This document shows, piece after piece, positions 1 through 13,176 of a stretch of DNA of 64,000 bases (positions within the stretch are counted from its first letter, which is position 1; the number at the start of each line of letters is the position of its first letter). The notes beneath the pieces are model-generated. The model made no database searches. It was not told the DNA's origin and saw only the letters and a list, made by a program, of their open reading frames with translations. A program made the position numbers and the translations under genes. The DNA is from Azolla caroliniana. Its lineage: Eukaryota; Plantae; Polypodiophyta. The stretch lies in assembly GCA_043228905.1 (NCBI GenBank), contig JBHGNT010000013.1:11532001-11596000 (forward strand), given 5' to 3'.

Positions 1-225
1 GGTACATTCATGAACCTCTATCATTGTCTCCTTCATGACCTTTGAAGTCATTGCAGGTTGTTATGACTATAAAAGATTGATCAATATGTTAGTTTGACTT
101 TGTAATCATTAATGCAATCATAAGTTACTCTAGTTAATGTGACTGTGGTTACCAACTAACTATCCTCAAACTTACCAACCTTGGTTAAGGTGACTATGGT
201 TACTTTAACCAATGTGGTCAATCCC

Positions 226-233
226 TATAAATA
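226..233 (+). promoter_or_regulatory. TATA box upstream of putative two-exon gene
   Basis: CCTATAAATAGG about 130 bp upstream of ATG 359. Confidence 0.5.
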
Positions 234-260
234 GGAAGACCTCGTCATATTTCACTCACA

Positions 261-322
261 AGAGCGTACAGAGCGTACAGAGCGTACAGAGCACACAAAG
301 CACACAAAGCACAAAGCACAAA
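261..322 (+). repeat. 9-bp tandem repeat (AGAGCGTAC x3 decaying to AAAGCACAC) in putative 5' UTR
   Basis: Read directly from sequence. Confidence 0.85.
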
Positions 323-558
323 AGCGCAATCTCCGCCTCCACTGCCACACGATCAACCATGTCTTCAAAGAGAATCGAGCGCGAGGACTCCAGGTAGGCC
401 TTTGACACTGTGGACATTTTTGTAAATATGTTTTGTCGCTCAAGAACTCGATACGCTGTCGTAGTGTATTTTGTACACTACGTGAAAAACGTATATAGTA
501 TTAGATTCAATAAAAAATGAAGAAATAGAAGAAAATAGCAAAATAAATGGAACATGCA

Positions 559-621
559 TAGGGCAAGATTCAAACCTTGCACCTCCATGTTAATAATGTA
601 ATGTCTTACCATTACACTAGC
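559..621 (-). other. Degenerate tRNA-derived (SINE-head-like) sequence
   Basis: Minus strand shows A-box-like TAGTGTAATGG and B-box-like GGTTTGAATC with tRNA-like spacing; no intact cloverleaf. Confidence 0.4.
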
Positions 622-1176
622 ATTTCATTAGTGTTAAAGCATAGATGTCCCACATAGAAAGGTAAATTCACGCTAGGATAAACATTAGAAAAACGCATAA
701 CAAAAGAAAAAGCTACACATACACATCTAGCGTGCATGATAAAAAACGCACAAGTTAGAAAAAAGCATGATCACTTTAGATAAAGCATATAGTCTATCTA
801 TAGGAAAAGCATGGGGTCTATAGTTAGAGAAAAAGCATGGATTACTAAGACTTCCTCATCACTACATAAGGATGGGGAGCACAAGGTAATTGTGTGTGAA
901 AAATATTTGGAAACTAGATATGTTTCTAAAAAACACCAATTAATAAACTATACTCGTGGGATTCACGAGAATTCTATATCATTCTCTTTCAACCGAAGTT
1001 TATATTCTTATATTCATATTGATTAATCTAATACAATACACTCGTGGGATTCACGAGTTTGCTATAACTCTTTCTTACAACATATTTATATTCTTATTAG
1101 CCTTAAAACTCTCCTCTTCCTAGTCCAAAACCCCAGCGGTTCCCACCCGACTCACGCAAACGATCCGGAGCCGAAA

Positions 1177-1354
1177 GGCACGACAACGCTGTATCGAGTT
1201 CCTATATACAATACAAACTTTATACAGGAACTCGATACGGCGTATCGAGTTCATAATTTTTTTTTGCTTTTTAAACAGGAACTCGATACGACGTATCGAG
1301 TTCGTGTTTAAAACCTAAACTTTAAACGGGAACTTGATACGCCGTATCGAGTTC
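1177..1354. repeat. Array of 25-bp palindromes GAACTCGATACG-N-CGTATCGAGTTC with 51-bp period
   Basis: Copies at 1228-1252, 1279-1303 and 1330-1354, half-degenerate copy at 1177-1201, half-site near 444-455. Confidence 0.9.
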
Positions 1355-2934
1355 CTGTATAAAAGAAGGCTCTGAAAGAGAAAATTGTGTTTTTGGGGTA
1401 ACAATTAATTATTGTGTGGAAAAGATACCAAATTGTCTGTCAAAATCAGTCTTTTTTATGTTGACTTGCCTTACTTTTAAAAAAAAACATGCCCTAATTA
1501 TAGGTGTTTTATGACCTACTATAGCTTAAAATAGTAGAAAATGATCCACAAATTGCCTTTATGATAGCAAATTCTCCTCAATATAGGTTTGGAATCTATA
1601 TAAGTCATACCTACTCTTTAAAAGAATATATAACCCTGTTTACTTATTACGATATATATTTTCTAGTTTGAATAGTCCTGCCTAGAATAGATTTTTGAAT
1701 ATAGGACTACCATGTACTCTGAATGCATGATTGATATTTTCACTTCACCACTAATCACCTGCTAGTGAGAACTGTTCTTCATCTTCATATTTATATTTTA
1801 ATATACAACCTTAATCTACGTGACCACCTAACTTATGTTTTTGCATATACTTTCTTAAATAGGTTGTTTGAGAACCTGTCGGACCGACTTGTGAAGAAAA
1901 TAAAGCTTTGAATACAGGGTTCTCCAATCGAAGCCCAGACCAAGGTAGTTCCTGAGACCATGAAGAGAGGAAAAAAGCTTCTCTTCAACGAGGAGACAAA
2001 ATCTCAGCCACATATTGATGTTAGCCAAAAGAAACTTGTCACCGCTACTGGAGGTGAAGACCTTCCTGACCGTGATCTAACGGACAAGGAATGGTGTATG
2101 CAATATGTTGACTCAAAGAAAAAAGTCGTATAATTGTATACATCAAAGAAGAAGGGGGAGGGGCAGCTTGGAAAGGAAACCCCATTTATGTATGGCCGTA
2201 TTCTACGATTTGACTACGAAGATGCAGATTCGGCCAACATACTGGTAATGATAGAGTGCTCTAAGGGGGTACGTAAAGTGTTCCTTTCAGAAGACCTTTT
2301 AGTAAAGGAATCTTGTGGGCCAGAAGCGTTCAAAAAAGATCTTGAAAGCTCACAAAACCTTATTGTTACCTTGAGGCCTTATATACAAGGCCATGTAACT
2401 CTAAGAGATGAAGTGCCCTCCCCATTGAAGGCCCTCCCCATTGAGGAATAGATTAGATCAACTTTAAATACAAGTATTGAATACTTTAATAAGTTAGTTA
2501 TTCCAATCACTTATCCTAATGTGCACTATCCTACATTTTCCACAATTACATACATGCACGTATGGGTCAAAGTATAAATTATAACTCATTTTATTAGTAT
2601 GGATACAAGTACACCTGATATTTTTGTAAAACTTACCTAATTAATATAAGTCTTTAAGTTAGTGTTTCCCTTGTCGCACAGTAGTGACATATTGAGCCAT
2701 AGTTGAACTTTATTATGCCTACATTAACTTATCAACTTGTCTAAACTTGCATGATTTCTAATGATCTCCACTCGTAGATCTATCATGTATTTTTATATTT
2801 GCAAATTCTCATCAAGTTGAGGAACATGTGATACTAGTGCATCCAATTTTTGTAGAGAGGGTGTATTTGCTTCGTTTTAAGAAGATTCTACAAGTGGAAT
2901 GCGCAATCCTTCCACTTGTGAACGCGAACGTGTT

Positions 2935-5900
2935 AAATTTACACAAGGATGCAAAGCCGGTGCAACAACGTCGTTACCGACTAAATCCAAACTATGCAGT
3001 GAAAGTCAAGGAAGAAATCGACAAGTTACTTAGAGTCGGATTTATTCGACCAATAAAAAAGGCAACTTGGCTTAGTCTGATTGTATTCGTCCTAAGAAGA
3101 ATGGTAAAATTCGGGTATGTGTCGATTACAGGAAACTCAATTACAGTAACGGACGCATTTCGTTACCATTTACGGACAACATTCTAGATGCAGTAGTAGG
3201 CCATGAGATTTACAGTTTTCTTGATGGTTTCAGTGGGTATAATCAAGTTCACATACATCCGGAAGATCAAGAAAAGACAACTTTTGTAACCGAACGGGGA
3301 GTCTTTGTGGCAGTGGTCATGATGTTCGGGTTAAAAACGGCTCCTGCGACATTTCAACGGGTAATACAATAAATTTTTAATGATTATATTCCTGCATTCA
3401 TGCAATGTTTTCTCAATGACTTTGTGTTCTATAGTCAGCAGACCAACGACTTAGAACATTTACAACTATGTTTAGACTAGTGTCGACAAGGTCGATTGAG
3501 TCTCAATCCAGCTAAATGTGCATTCAGCATAACAAGCGGTGCATTGCTGGGACATATAGTAAGCTAAGATGGAATAGCAGTTGATCTTGACAAAGTCAAG
3601 ACAATATTAGAAGCACCGACACCAACCAATACAAAGGCTCTTAGTCGGTTCTTGGGACAAATTAGGTGGCATAGCCGGATGATTCGCTATCTTGCTGATG
3701 TGTCCATATCGTTGCACACAGCAGTGCACAAAATGCCTTTCCAATGGAAAACAATAGAGCAGGATGCTTATGATTGCCTGAAGAAAATGCTAACAAAAGT
3801 TCCTGTGGTACAACCTCCTGATTGGGAGAAACCTTTTCACGTATTTGTTGATGCATCAGATGTAGCAATTGACAGTTCCGTAATGCAGCTGACAAAGCCG
3901 AACTGGTATATTACGTGAGTCGAAAACTCTCCATCGCGGAAAGAAATTACTCAACAACCGAGCATGAGGCTCTTGGCATGATTTATAGCATTAATAAATT
4001 TCGGCACTACTTATTGGGTTAGAAATTTACATTTCACGTCGACCATTCAGCTTTGCTATATTTAGTGGCAAAACAAGAACTCGCGGGTAAATTGGCAAGA
4101 TGGACATTGCTGCTTCAAGAATTCGAATTCAACATTATTCACAGACCAAGGGTGCAACATGCAATTGCGAACTACCTCAGTCGACTAGAGTCGGGGGAGG
4201 AAGGAACTGGAGTTAAGGATGATTTTCTCGATGCTCAACTTTTTCGGGTCGACATAGTGGCAACCACAGAGATGGGTGAGGATACAATGGATGCATGGAT
4301 TACAGAAATGACAATTTTTCTTAGTACGGGGCTACCACCAGATAATATGTCACTTGATGAAAGGAAGCGATTAGCCGTACGAAGCCGGAATTTTTGTCTC
4401 CTAAATGATACACTATACCACAAAGGCGTTGATGGCATATGGAGGCATGTGGTCCGGCAATTTAAGAAGGAAGGAATTTTATGGGAAATCCACTGCGATA
4501 TAGCTGGTGGACATTATGCGGGAGATGCCACGGCCAGGAAAATATGGAGCAGTGGCTTGTGGTGGCCGACAACCACTAAGGATGCAATCGAATATTGTCG
4601 GCAATGCGACTTGTGTCAACGACTTGGGCAAACGACAAAAAAGGACAGAATGCCTTTTTAGCCAGTATTACCTTTAGAACCTTTCCAAAAGTGGGGCGTG
4701 GACTTTGTCGGTCCATTTAAGCCAGTTGCTATCAAAGCTAGGAATCATTATATTATAGTAGCTACAGACTACTATACGAAATGGGTTGAAGCTAAACCCT
4801 TATGGGATAACATGGATGCATTGACAACGACATTTCTATACAAAAACATATGGTGTCGGTTCGGTTGTTTGATCGAATTAGTCACTGATCAATGTACTCA
4901 TTTCATAAACAAAATAGTACATGAGTTATCTTCATATTATGCAGTAGTACACAAAAAGAGTACTCCGCACTACCCTCAGACCAATGGATTGGCATAATCA
5001 ATGAACAAAACCTTACAAATGATTTTAAGAAAAATAGTCAACGAAAACAGAACTGATTGGGATCAGAAATTAAATAGTGTGTTATGGGCTTATCACACTT
5101 CCTATAAAACAATCATCAAATTGACTCCATTTAGAATGGCTTTTGGGTTAGAAGCTATAATGCTAGTAGAATTTTAGGTTCCGGCATTACGAGTACAAGT
5201 CACCGAAAGGCTAGATGAAAAACATTTAGAACAAGTTCAGAAAGAACAGTTGCTCGTTTTGGAAGAAAGTAGGCTACAAGTTATGTGTGCACTTGAGTAG
5301 AAACAACGCATGACATTGGCATTCGTAGACCGTCACCAGAAACAAAAAGAAAAGATGTTCACGGTTGGTAAGCAGGTACTAGTCTTTCAAGCGAAGATGG
5401 GTTCGATGCCCAGAAAACTCTGATTTCGATGGACAGGTCCATTTTGGATAGTTGCCAACAAGAATGACACATATAAGGCTGGCACACTCTTAGGTGAAAT
5501 TATGCCGAAATGGGTAAAAGGTTTGAATCGGTTAAAACCTTATAGAGGATCAATGCCAAAAAACCCATTTCAGGTCGGAGATGATTCCGACACACCGTGA
5601 CGTGGAAGGGTCATGAATGTAAATATTAAAAATAAAAATATAAAATCTTGGCAAAATTATAACAAAATTAACAGAAAAACATCATAACTTCTTAGTGTGG
5701 TCTATTTCAGACTATATATGGACAAGCCACAAAATCATGCAATGTTCATTACGAGTGGTGGGAGCTATTATTACTATATCTATACTCGCACTATCATAAA
5801 TCGTATATTCTCTTTGCCTAAAAATATGAACCGTTTATTTCCTCAAAACCCTACCTCTTCACTTTCTCTGTCACAACAGCAGAAAAAGTTTCAAGAGCAC

Positions 5901-6250
5901 AAGTCTTCTTCGCCTTCTCTCTACACACAGAAATCAGAATCGCCATCACTCACGACTTATGACTTATATCAGGAAGACAACATGACGGTTCAAGTATCAG
6001 ACGAACTGCAACAGTGGTTACACAACAAGGGACTGGATGGATACCTGAAGGTTGCAGACTCCGAACACCACCCACACGCCACACATATCATCCAACAAAT
6101 CGACATAACCAAGATCACCGACAAACAAGTACGTCAAATTCTTAATCTGAAAAGAGAAGGATTTGATGCTATGACGAAACTTAAACTAGAGGTCCTGACG
6201 TCTTATTTCGGCGAATACTCGCCATCAGCCAAGGCCTATCAAATGCAAGG
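2935..6250 (+). mobile_element. Ty3/Gypsy fragment A (RT-RNase H-integrase, start of accessory ORF), decayed, no LTRs
   Basis: RYRLNP/KEEIDKLL, FHVFVDAS, HHCC (GGHYAG..CRQCDLCQ), DFVGPF, YPQTNG and WTGPFW motifs broken by stops and frameshifts. Confidence 0.93.
5982..6250 (+). pseudogene. 5' part of Gypsy accessory ORF downstream of pol (truncated)
   Basis: MTVQVSDELQQWL..GYLKVA..YFGEYSPSAKAY aligns with ORFs at 22041(-) and 44943(-). Confidence 0.85.
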
Positions 6251-9110
6251 ATCCGCCCCGCAACCAGCTCCCCCGTTTGTTCTTCATTCGAATCCGATTC
6301 AGTGACTTGACAAGTTCTGGTGTCTCATTCTTCCTCTTCTTCAGTCAAATCGGTCCTCTGTTCGGATCCGGCCAGTTCTTCGAGAGTCATCCGGCTTCCG
6401 GTTGGATGACTCCTTGTATCTTCTAACCGATCTTTGTCGGTTGACCCGAACCGGAGTCCACTATCTTCTTCTTCGACTCCCAATCGGCAATGTTCTTGTC
6501 CTCCATGAATATTATGTCTCGACTTCGGAACACCTTCTTGTCGACCAAGTCCCACACTCGGTAACTGAACTCATCATCGCCGTATCCAAGGAATATGCAT
6601 GGTCGAGACTTCAGATCCAATTTCGCTCTCTTGTCCTTTGCTACATGCACGTAGGCGAGACAACCGAACACCTTCAGATGCCGGTAAGACACATCTTTAC
6701 CGGTCCATATGCTTTGTGGTGTGTCCCCGTCCAAGGGTGCTGAGGGTGATCTGTTTATCACATATGTCGTTATCATCAACGCGTAAGTCCAAAACGTCTT
6801 GGATAGTTTAGCATGTGCTAGCATACTCCGAACTCTCTCCATCACGGTTTGGTTCATGCTTTCGGCCACTTCATTCAACTACGGTGTCTTCGGCACGGTA
6901 AATTCGAGCCAGATTCCCTTCGACCGACAGTACTCATCGAACTGCCCCCGTTATTTCTCCTCCGTTGTCCGCTCAAACTGCCTTCAGCTTCCGGTCAATT
7001 TCTCTCTCCACTCTTGCGTGGAGCTCCTTGAAGACGGATAACACCTCATCCTTCGTCGTCAACGGTTAGACCCACAACTTCCGACTATGGTCATCTATGA
7101 ACGTCACGGAGTACGGAAATCCAGGATGTGACTTCGTGTCCACTTGGCATACATCATTATGCACAAGTTCCAATAGTGCATTCTGTCTCATCGATGGTCT
7201 TGACTAGAAAGAGGTTCGGTTCTACTTGTTGGACAAACAATCGGTGCACTTCTCAAGATGCACATCTTTCACCTCCGGAATGAGGTTATCTTCGACAAGT
7301 TTTCCCATCCCTTTCTGGCTCATGTGATACAACATCTTGTGCCACAACTCACTGGCATTTTCGGATGCCACGTTCAATTCTTCCCGGAAAATCCGGGCAT
7401 GCATTAGGTACAATGTGTTGATCTTCTGGCCTCAGGCCACAATCAGGCTTCCTTTGCAAAACTTCATGATTGCAATCTGGATGCTACCCATGTAGTCTTC
7501 ATCATCTAGCCAACCCGTTGATATCAGGTTCAATCGAACCTCCGAAACTTGTCGTACATCTTTCAACAGTAGTTTGCACCCGGTTGACGTCGTCAACCAC
7601 ACATCTCCTATGCCAACAATTCGGCATGCACCTTCATTTCCCATCTGGACAGAACCATGATCTCTGACTCTGTACAATGAGAAGCACTTCCGGTTGGGAG
7701 TCAAGTAGAACGACGCTCCAGAGTCGACCATCCATGTCGTTTCGTCACTGATAAGATGCAACTCGCTCTCCTCGGTTATTAGCAGCAGTTCTTCTTCACT
7801 TGTCACGATCACTGACGTTCCTCTCCTTTCTGAGATCTTCTTTGGTTCCGGAACGTCGGCTCCCCCTTTGGTTTTCCGGAAGTGTCGGAAATTCTTCCGG
7901 AAGTGCCCCAGCTTTCCGCAATAAAAGAAAGTGGGCCTCCCCCTTGACTTCAACCTCGTCCCTGATTTCTCCCGGTTCTGGGGACTCCGATTCTGGCCTC
8001 TTCCCCGGTTATGGTCATCTTCCATGACCAAGGCTTTCAGATCGGTTCTGGACTCCCAGTCCTTCCGGCGAGCTTCTTCATCCAACAAGCTTGATTATAC
8101 CCTTGCTAGGGACAACTGTTTTCCTTCCGGCCCGGCGTTGCCCAAAGTGACAACTAGCATCTCCCAACTATCCGGGAGGGAACCGAGCAGGAGCAACACA
8201 AGTACCTCATCAGCTAGAGGTACTTCCGGCGAGGTTGTTTGATTTATGAGCCCCTAGAATGCATTCATGTGCTCCGCCATGCTGGATCCGTCTTGGTACC
8301 GGAGTCTCACTAATTTCCAAAATACCGAAACCCGATTTACGACATTTTTACTCTCCAGCATAGTACCGATTTTCTCCCAGAGCAAATGAGCCTTGCTTTC
8401 TTCATTGAAGTTGTTGTATAGGCTCATGTTGATGAAGCACCGGATGTATGATGTCGTCATCATATGACCATGAGCATGTCCCTCATCTTCGACTTCCATA
8501 TTTGGTAGTTGGAGTCGGTGAGCTTGAACATGCTTCCGAATGACTCTTCCATTTTTTTCAAGGGTTAGAACCTTGCTCTAATACCAGTTTGTGGAGAAAT
8601 GGTGCTCAGCCACAACAGAGCCTTAAACACTCGATGGAAGAAAATAGAAATGGAGATTAATACACTTACACTGACAACAGAGAGGACACAGGATGTTAAT
8701 GTGGAAAACCCTAACCACGGGAGCCCACAAACCCCAACTATCACTATAAGAAGAGGATATAATGCGAGACTCAGAGGCAATGACCTCGAGCCCTATGTCT
8801 TCGCCAACGGGCAATTACCACAGAAAAGCTTTATGTATCTTGCGCTCTCTCTCTCTCTATCTATCTATCTCTCAAGCTCTCTCTCTCTCTCTCTCTCTGT
8901 CTATACAACAGTAATAATGACAACAACTACTCACAAAGTGATTGCCCTAAGTCATATATTATACTTATATGAATTTAGGACTATTTACAAATATGGCCAT
9001 AACAGGCACACTAGAAACATATTTACAGACATGTCCCTGGATCTGGTTCACACCGAATCCGTTCAATACGTCTCATCCGGATCCCATCCGGGGGGACCGA
9101 ATTCCCAACA
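6251..9110 (-). mobile_element. Truncated Tnt1/Tork-like Copia (5' LTR, PBS, gag, PR, INT), related to the intact element at 14246
   Basis: LTR 8590-9110 starts TGTTGGGAATTCGGTCC; iMet-type PBS 8575-8586; VDSGAS and integrase peptides closely resemble the 14953-19026 protein. Confidence 0.92.
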
Positions 9111-9695
9111 ACAATCACGAAGAATATGGTGTCAGTTGGACAAATTGTTGACCAAGGGATGTAGGTCTGGTTCACACATCTCGGGTGTTTCATTGAAGAC
9201 GAGGGCAAAGTCATCGCACAAGGGCGCCGAGATGGGAGGATGTTTATCCTCGAGATACATGATGTTGGCACCACTATGATGTCACGCAAGGTCGAGTCAA
9301 ACATCGACCTGTGGCATAAGCGGATTGGCCACATCATCTACCGGAAGCTTCAGGAGTTGCAGTCGGAACACGTAGTTTCCGGACTGCCGAAGTTCAGTGG
9401 CCGGAAAGGCCAAATATGTGAAGCTTGCCAACTCGGGAAGCAACATAGGCTTCTATTCCCCAACGAGAAGAATCAGAGCCAGAATCAGCTTGATCTCATT
9501 CATTCGGATGTGTGGGGACCGGCACAAAACATGAGCATCGGTGGGGGTCGGTATTTCGTCTCCTTCATCGATGATTTCACTTGACACACTTGGATCTATC
9601 TAATCGACAAGAAAAGTGAAGTCTTCTCATGCTTCCGGGATTTGAAGAACCTTGTCGAACATGAGACCAGAAGAAATATCAAGTGTCTGAGATCG
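9111..9695 (+). mobile_element. Copia family-2 internal fragment (PR end, GAG-pre-integrase, INT start)
   Basis: TITKNMVSVGQIVDQG, LWHKRIGH, CEACQLGK, HSDVWGP. Confidence 0.9.
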
Positions 9696-10017
9696 TGTTG
9701 AGATACAAGCTCAACATTGGGTGTGTGTTACCCTGTATGAGATGTACGGAGAGTCAAGTGTGATGAGCGAGGGTCGAATATTATCATGATGATGTTGTAT
9801 ATGTGTAGAGAACATAAATGTAATTGTGAGTCGATATGTATGTGAACACATGCACACGTGTGTGCATGTGGAGGGATACGATGAGGTGTGAGTGAGTGTC
9901 CAATATGAATGCTCTAGGGGGCTTACACCCCTATGTATCTACCCCCTCTTGTACTATTTAACCCCCTTATGGGGAATGAATGAAACAAAAAATGAACATT
10001 TCTCTCTATCTCTCTTT

Positions 10018-10052
<35 letters not shown>

Positions 10053-10247
10053 CCTCAACGTTGAACCCCCTTGGGAGGGGGGTGGAGCCATTCTAGGCAC
10101 CACCCCCCACCCCGCAATGCTCATCAATGTCATCCTTACCCCGCAATGCTTCTCAATAATTCTCAACATCTTCATGTCAATCTCTCTCACCATCATACTC
10201 TTCATCATCTTTGCTATTTCACCATGTCTATCTTCGTGGTCTTATGG

Positions 10248-10277
10248 TTAGGGTTAGGGTTAGGGTTAGGGTTAGGG
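10248..10277 (+). repeat. (TTAGGG)5 telomere-type tract inside the LTR-like region
   Basis: Five perfect units; degenerate reverse copies near 11097-11119. Confidence 0.9.
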
Positions 10278-12733
10278 GTTAAGGATGAAGATGAAGTCGA
10301 AGACGAATATGTGGCAAAGACATGGCAACAACGAAATGTGCGTGTAACAGCGATGATGATGAAATGATGACGTTGTGCGAGACTGCAACAATGGCAATGA
10401 CCGTGTGCAAGAGATGGGGAAAAGGTCAAAGAAACAGGAGTAAAATACAATGATTACGATGATTATGATGTTGTGTCATTAGGGTTTCGGTTTGCGTCTT
10501 CTCCATTTCGAATCTTACCGATGAAAGAGATTCTGAAGGATGCAACATGATTAAGGAAGAAGACAGAACGAACTACCAAACTATAGAGACTATGGATTTC
10601 TGTTTGAATGGCATTCTCACAATCATTCTATGTTCCCGTCTTAGGAATTTCGAAGAGATGAATCTCTAGTGTTTTATGAGCAAACTGACACAAGCAAGCA
10701 AAATAGACTCAAGTGACACAACCGGATGACGACTGAAGAGTGGCCAAGTGACGGAGCTCAGCCAAAACAGACGGCCACGCGACTACAGACCAGCCGGACA
10801 GGGCCGGCGACGACGAGAGGGGCTTCAAGAATGGTCATCACCAACCGACAGAAGCCAGAGAGCGGCCGGAATGGTCGAACAAGACGGCAGTCGAACATCA
10901 TCCGGGCGACGATTGAATAAAGTGGCCGTAGCAACCGACGTGCTGGCAGCTAGACAACCGACGGTAGTAAGGAATAGAGATAGCCGGATAGAGATGCCAG
11001 CCCAGAGAATGGCTGGACAGGGCCGCGAGAGACGGCAACGATGCCACACGATGGTAGAACAACAAAGAAAAGTGGCGGCCGGACAGCCACATCATCCTTA
11101 ACCCTAACCTAACCCTAAAACGTACAACAGTGCGTAAACCGGGTGCGCAACTAAAGGCCGTATCGGTGCGTAAACCAAGAGGCTGTTGGATAGATATTCC
11201 GTTGAGGAATATATTTTGGGAGCTAGTGTAGGGACTCATTAATGAGCATTGAAGCATGATTCAGTACTTCTGTCAGTCCGTATGGACCTGTATAAAAGTG
11301 CTCTCTGACCACATCCTATGTACAGAGGTTTAGAGTATTGTTTTGAAATTGAGTTTTCTGTGTTCTACTCTCTTTGTCTCTCCGCATATGTTGTGTTGAT
11401 TAAGCTTTCCATTAAACCTGCTTTGTCTTTTGTCTATTGTTACCTGATTATGTCTGTTAAGCTTTCGCACGTATTCTTTTACATGGTATCAGAGCGGGAG
11501 GGTTGAGATCCTCTGCCATCAACAAACAGACAAACCCTAATTACGGTGAAGAAAAGAAGAAGCAAAGAATGGACAAAGGAATGGCTAGCTCGCTTCCGAC
11601 GGAGAACCTCGGCAGATGCAACAACGCATCTTGGTTGTACAAGATGCACGAGTACCTACTCGGGCATGGCTACTGACATTATGTCGTTGGAGCTAATGAC
11701 GCAGCACCCAAATCGACACACAGAGATTTCCCGACCTGGGAACAGGTGGCAAAGCAGAGTTCTCTACTACTTCACATCTGGTGTGAGCGATTAGTTTCTG
11801 AGCTACATTTGGGATGCAAGGACGCCAAAGGATGCTTGGGGAAATTTCAAAAAGATTTTCTCCGCGAGCACCACAACCAAAAAGCTCCAACTCAGGCAAG
11901 AGTTGAGCAATGTTTGACAACGAGATATGTCGGTGTCTGATTAGACCTCCAAGATCAAGGATATCTGCGACTCTCTTGCCTCCATCGATGTAAACGTCGA
12001 GGAGGACGAAATGGTGTAGGTCTGCCTCAGAGGGTTAGCGTCGAAGTTCAAACCATTCTGAACTGCGGTCAGAACGAGGGAGAATACATCGTCGTTTTTC
12101 GATTTACAATCAATGCTTCTTGTAGAGGATAACCATGCGGGTGCATCAACAAGTACGCACGTCAACAACAAGATGTTGTACACGGAGGAAGATAGGCCTC
12201 GTGGTCATGGCGGACAAGGTGAGTTGGCGGGCAATGGAGGCGGCCGACAAGAGCAAGATGGAAGGCATGGTCGTAATGCCGACAGTAGTTCCGGACCCTC
12301 TGGAAGCAGGGGGAGTCGAGGCGGCGCCGGAAATCAGCAAGGAAAGCCCGCCACGGAATGCTGGTACTATGGCAAGAAAGGTCACAGGGAGAGCGAGTGC
12401 TGGCAGAAACAAGCCGATTCGGAGAAAACCGCATCCGGATCCGGGCGGACCCAACAAGGAAATCGGCAGTGATCACACTACGTCGAGGGCTCCGAACGAG
12501 CCGAAAATGGATCGGGCCCAACCTTCATAATGAAGCACAAGGCCAATTTGATGGCGGTGAACACCTCGAAATCGAACGAGGTGTGGTATGTTGACTCTGG
12601 AGTGTCAAATCATAAGACGAGTCACGAGGAATGATTCTCATACTTTGAGAAACCGGAAAAACAAGGAGAGGTCGAAACTGGAGACGACATTTTGCATACC
12701 ATCGAACATGTCGATGAAGTTCCCCTCAGCCAC

Positions 12734-13176
12734 TAACAATTGGCAACGGTTCGGTTAAGTTTGAGAGGGTCCAAACCGAACCGGTTACAAATGTTGAAAC
12801 TTGAACCAAACCAAACCAAACCGCGAAACCGTTAAACATTTTTCAAACCGTTAAACCATTAAACCGTAAAAACCGCGGTTTCATGGTTCAGTTTCTGTTT
12901 TCAACATAGGTCTATTTTTTATTTTTTTTATAATTTATAATATTTCATTTTTTAAAATTTTTAAAATTTTTAAGATGTTCTTAAAAAGTGAGAATAAGGT
13001 CTAAAAATGCAAAGATTGTTTAAAAACAATTTTTAAAACTTTTTAGAATTGATTTTAGAATTTTTAAATTTTTTTTAAAAAAAATAAAAAATAAAAAACC
13101 GTTTAAACCATGGTTTTTTACTATTGAAACCGTTAAGCCGTTAAACCGTTGTTTCGCGGACCGTTGTCAATTGTTA
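12734..13176. mobile_element. Non-autonomous hAT-type element (MITE), 443 bp
   Basis: TIRs TAACAATTGGCAACGGTTCG / TAACAATTGACAACGGTCCG; 8-bp TSD TCAGCCAC (12726-12733, 13177-13184); many subterminal AAACCG motifs; AT-rich core. Confidence 0.92.

Larger units (their letters stand above)
359..2451 (+). pseudogene. Two-exon pseudogene (exons 359-393 and 1863-2451), ~207-codon protein of unknown function
   Basis: ATG 359; donor CAG|GTAGG at 394; CTAAC branch-like site near 1828; acceptor TAG|G at 1862. The spliced frame (MSSKRIEREDSR|LFENLSDRL...) runs to TAG 2451 with only TGA 1909 and TAA 2131, each one C>T from a sense codon. Confidence 0.6.

Noticed and set aside
476-490. CACTA transposon terminus
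   Set aside because: No matching downstream TIR or 3-bp TSD found; the motif is half of a local hairpin.
559-621. Functional tRNA gene
   Set aside because: Stems and B-box are degenerate; no anticodon arm can be folded.
1177-1354. CRISPR array
   Set aside because: Repeat-spacer look, but spacers resemble each other, units are in mixed orientation, the context is eukaryotic and there are no cas genes.
10248-10277. Chromosome end or fusion site
   Set aside because: Only five units, embedded in an LTR-like region.
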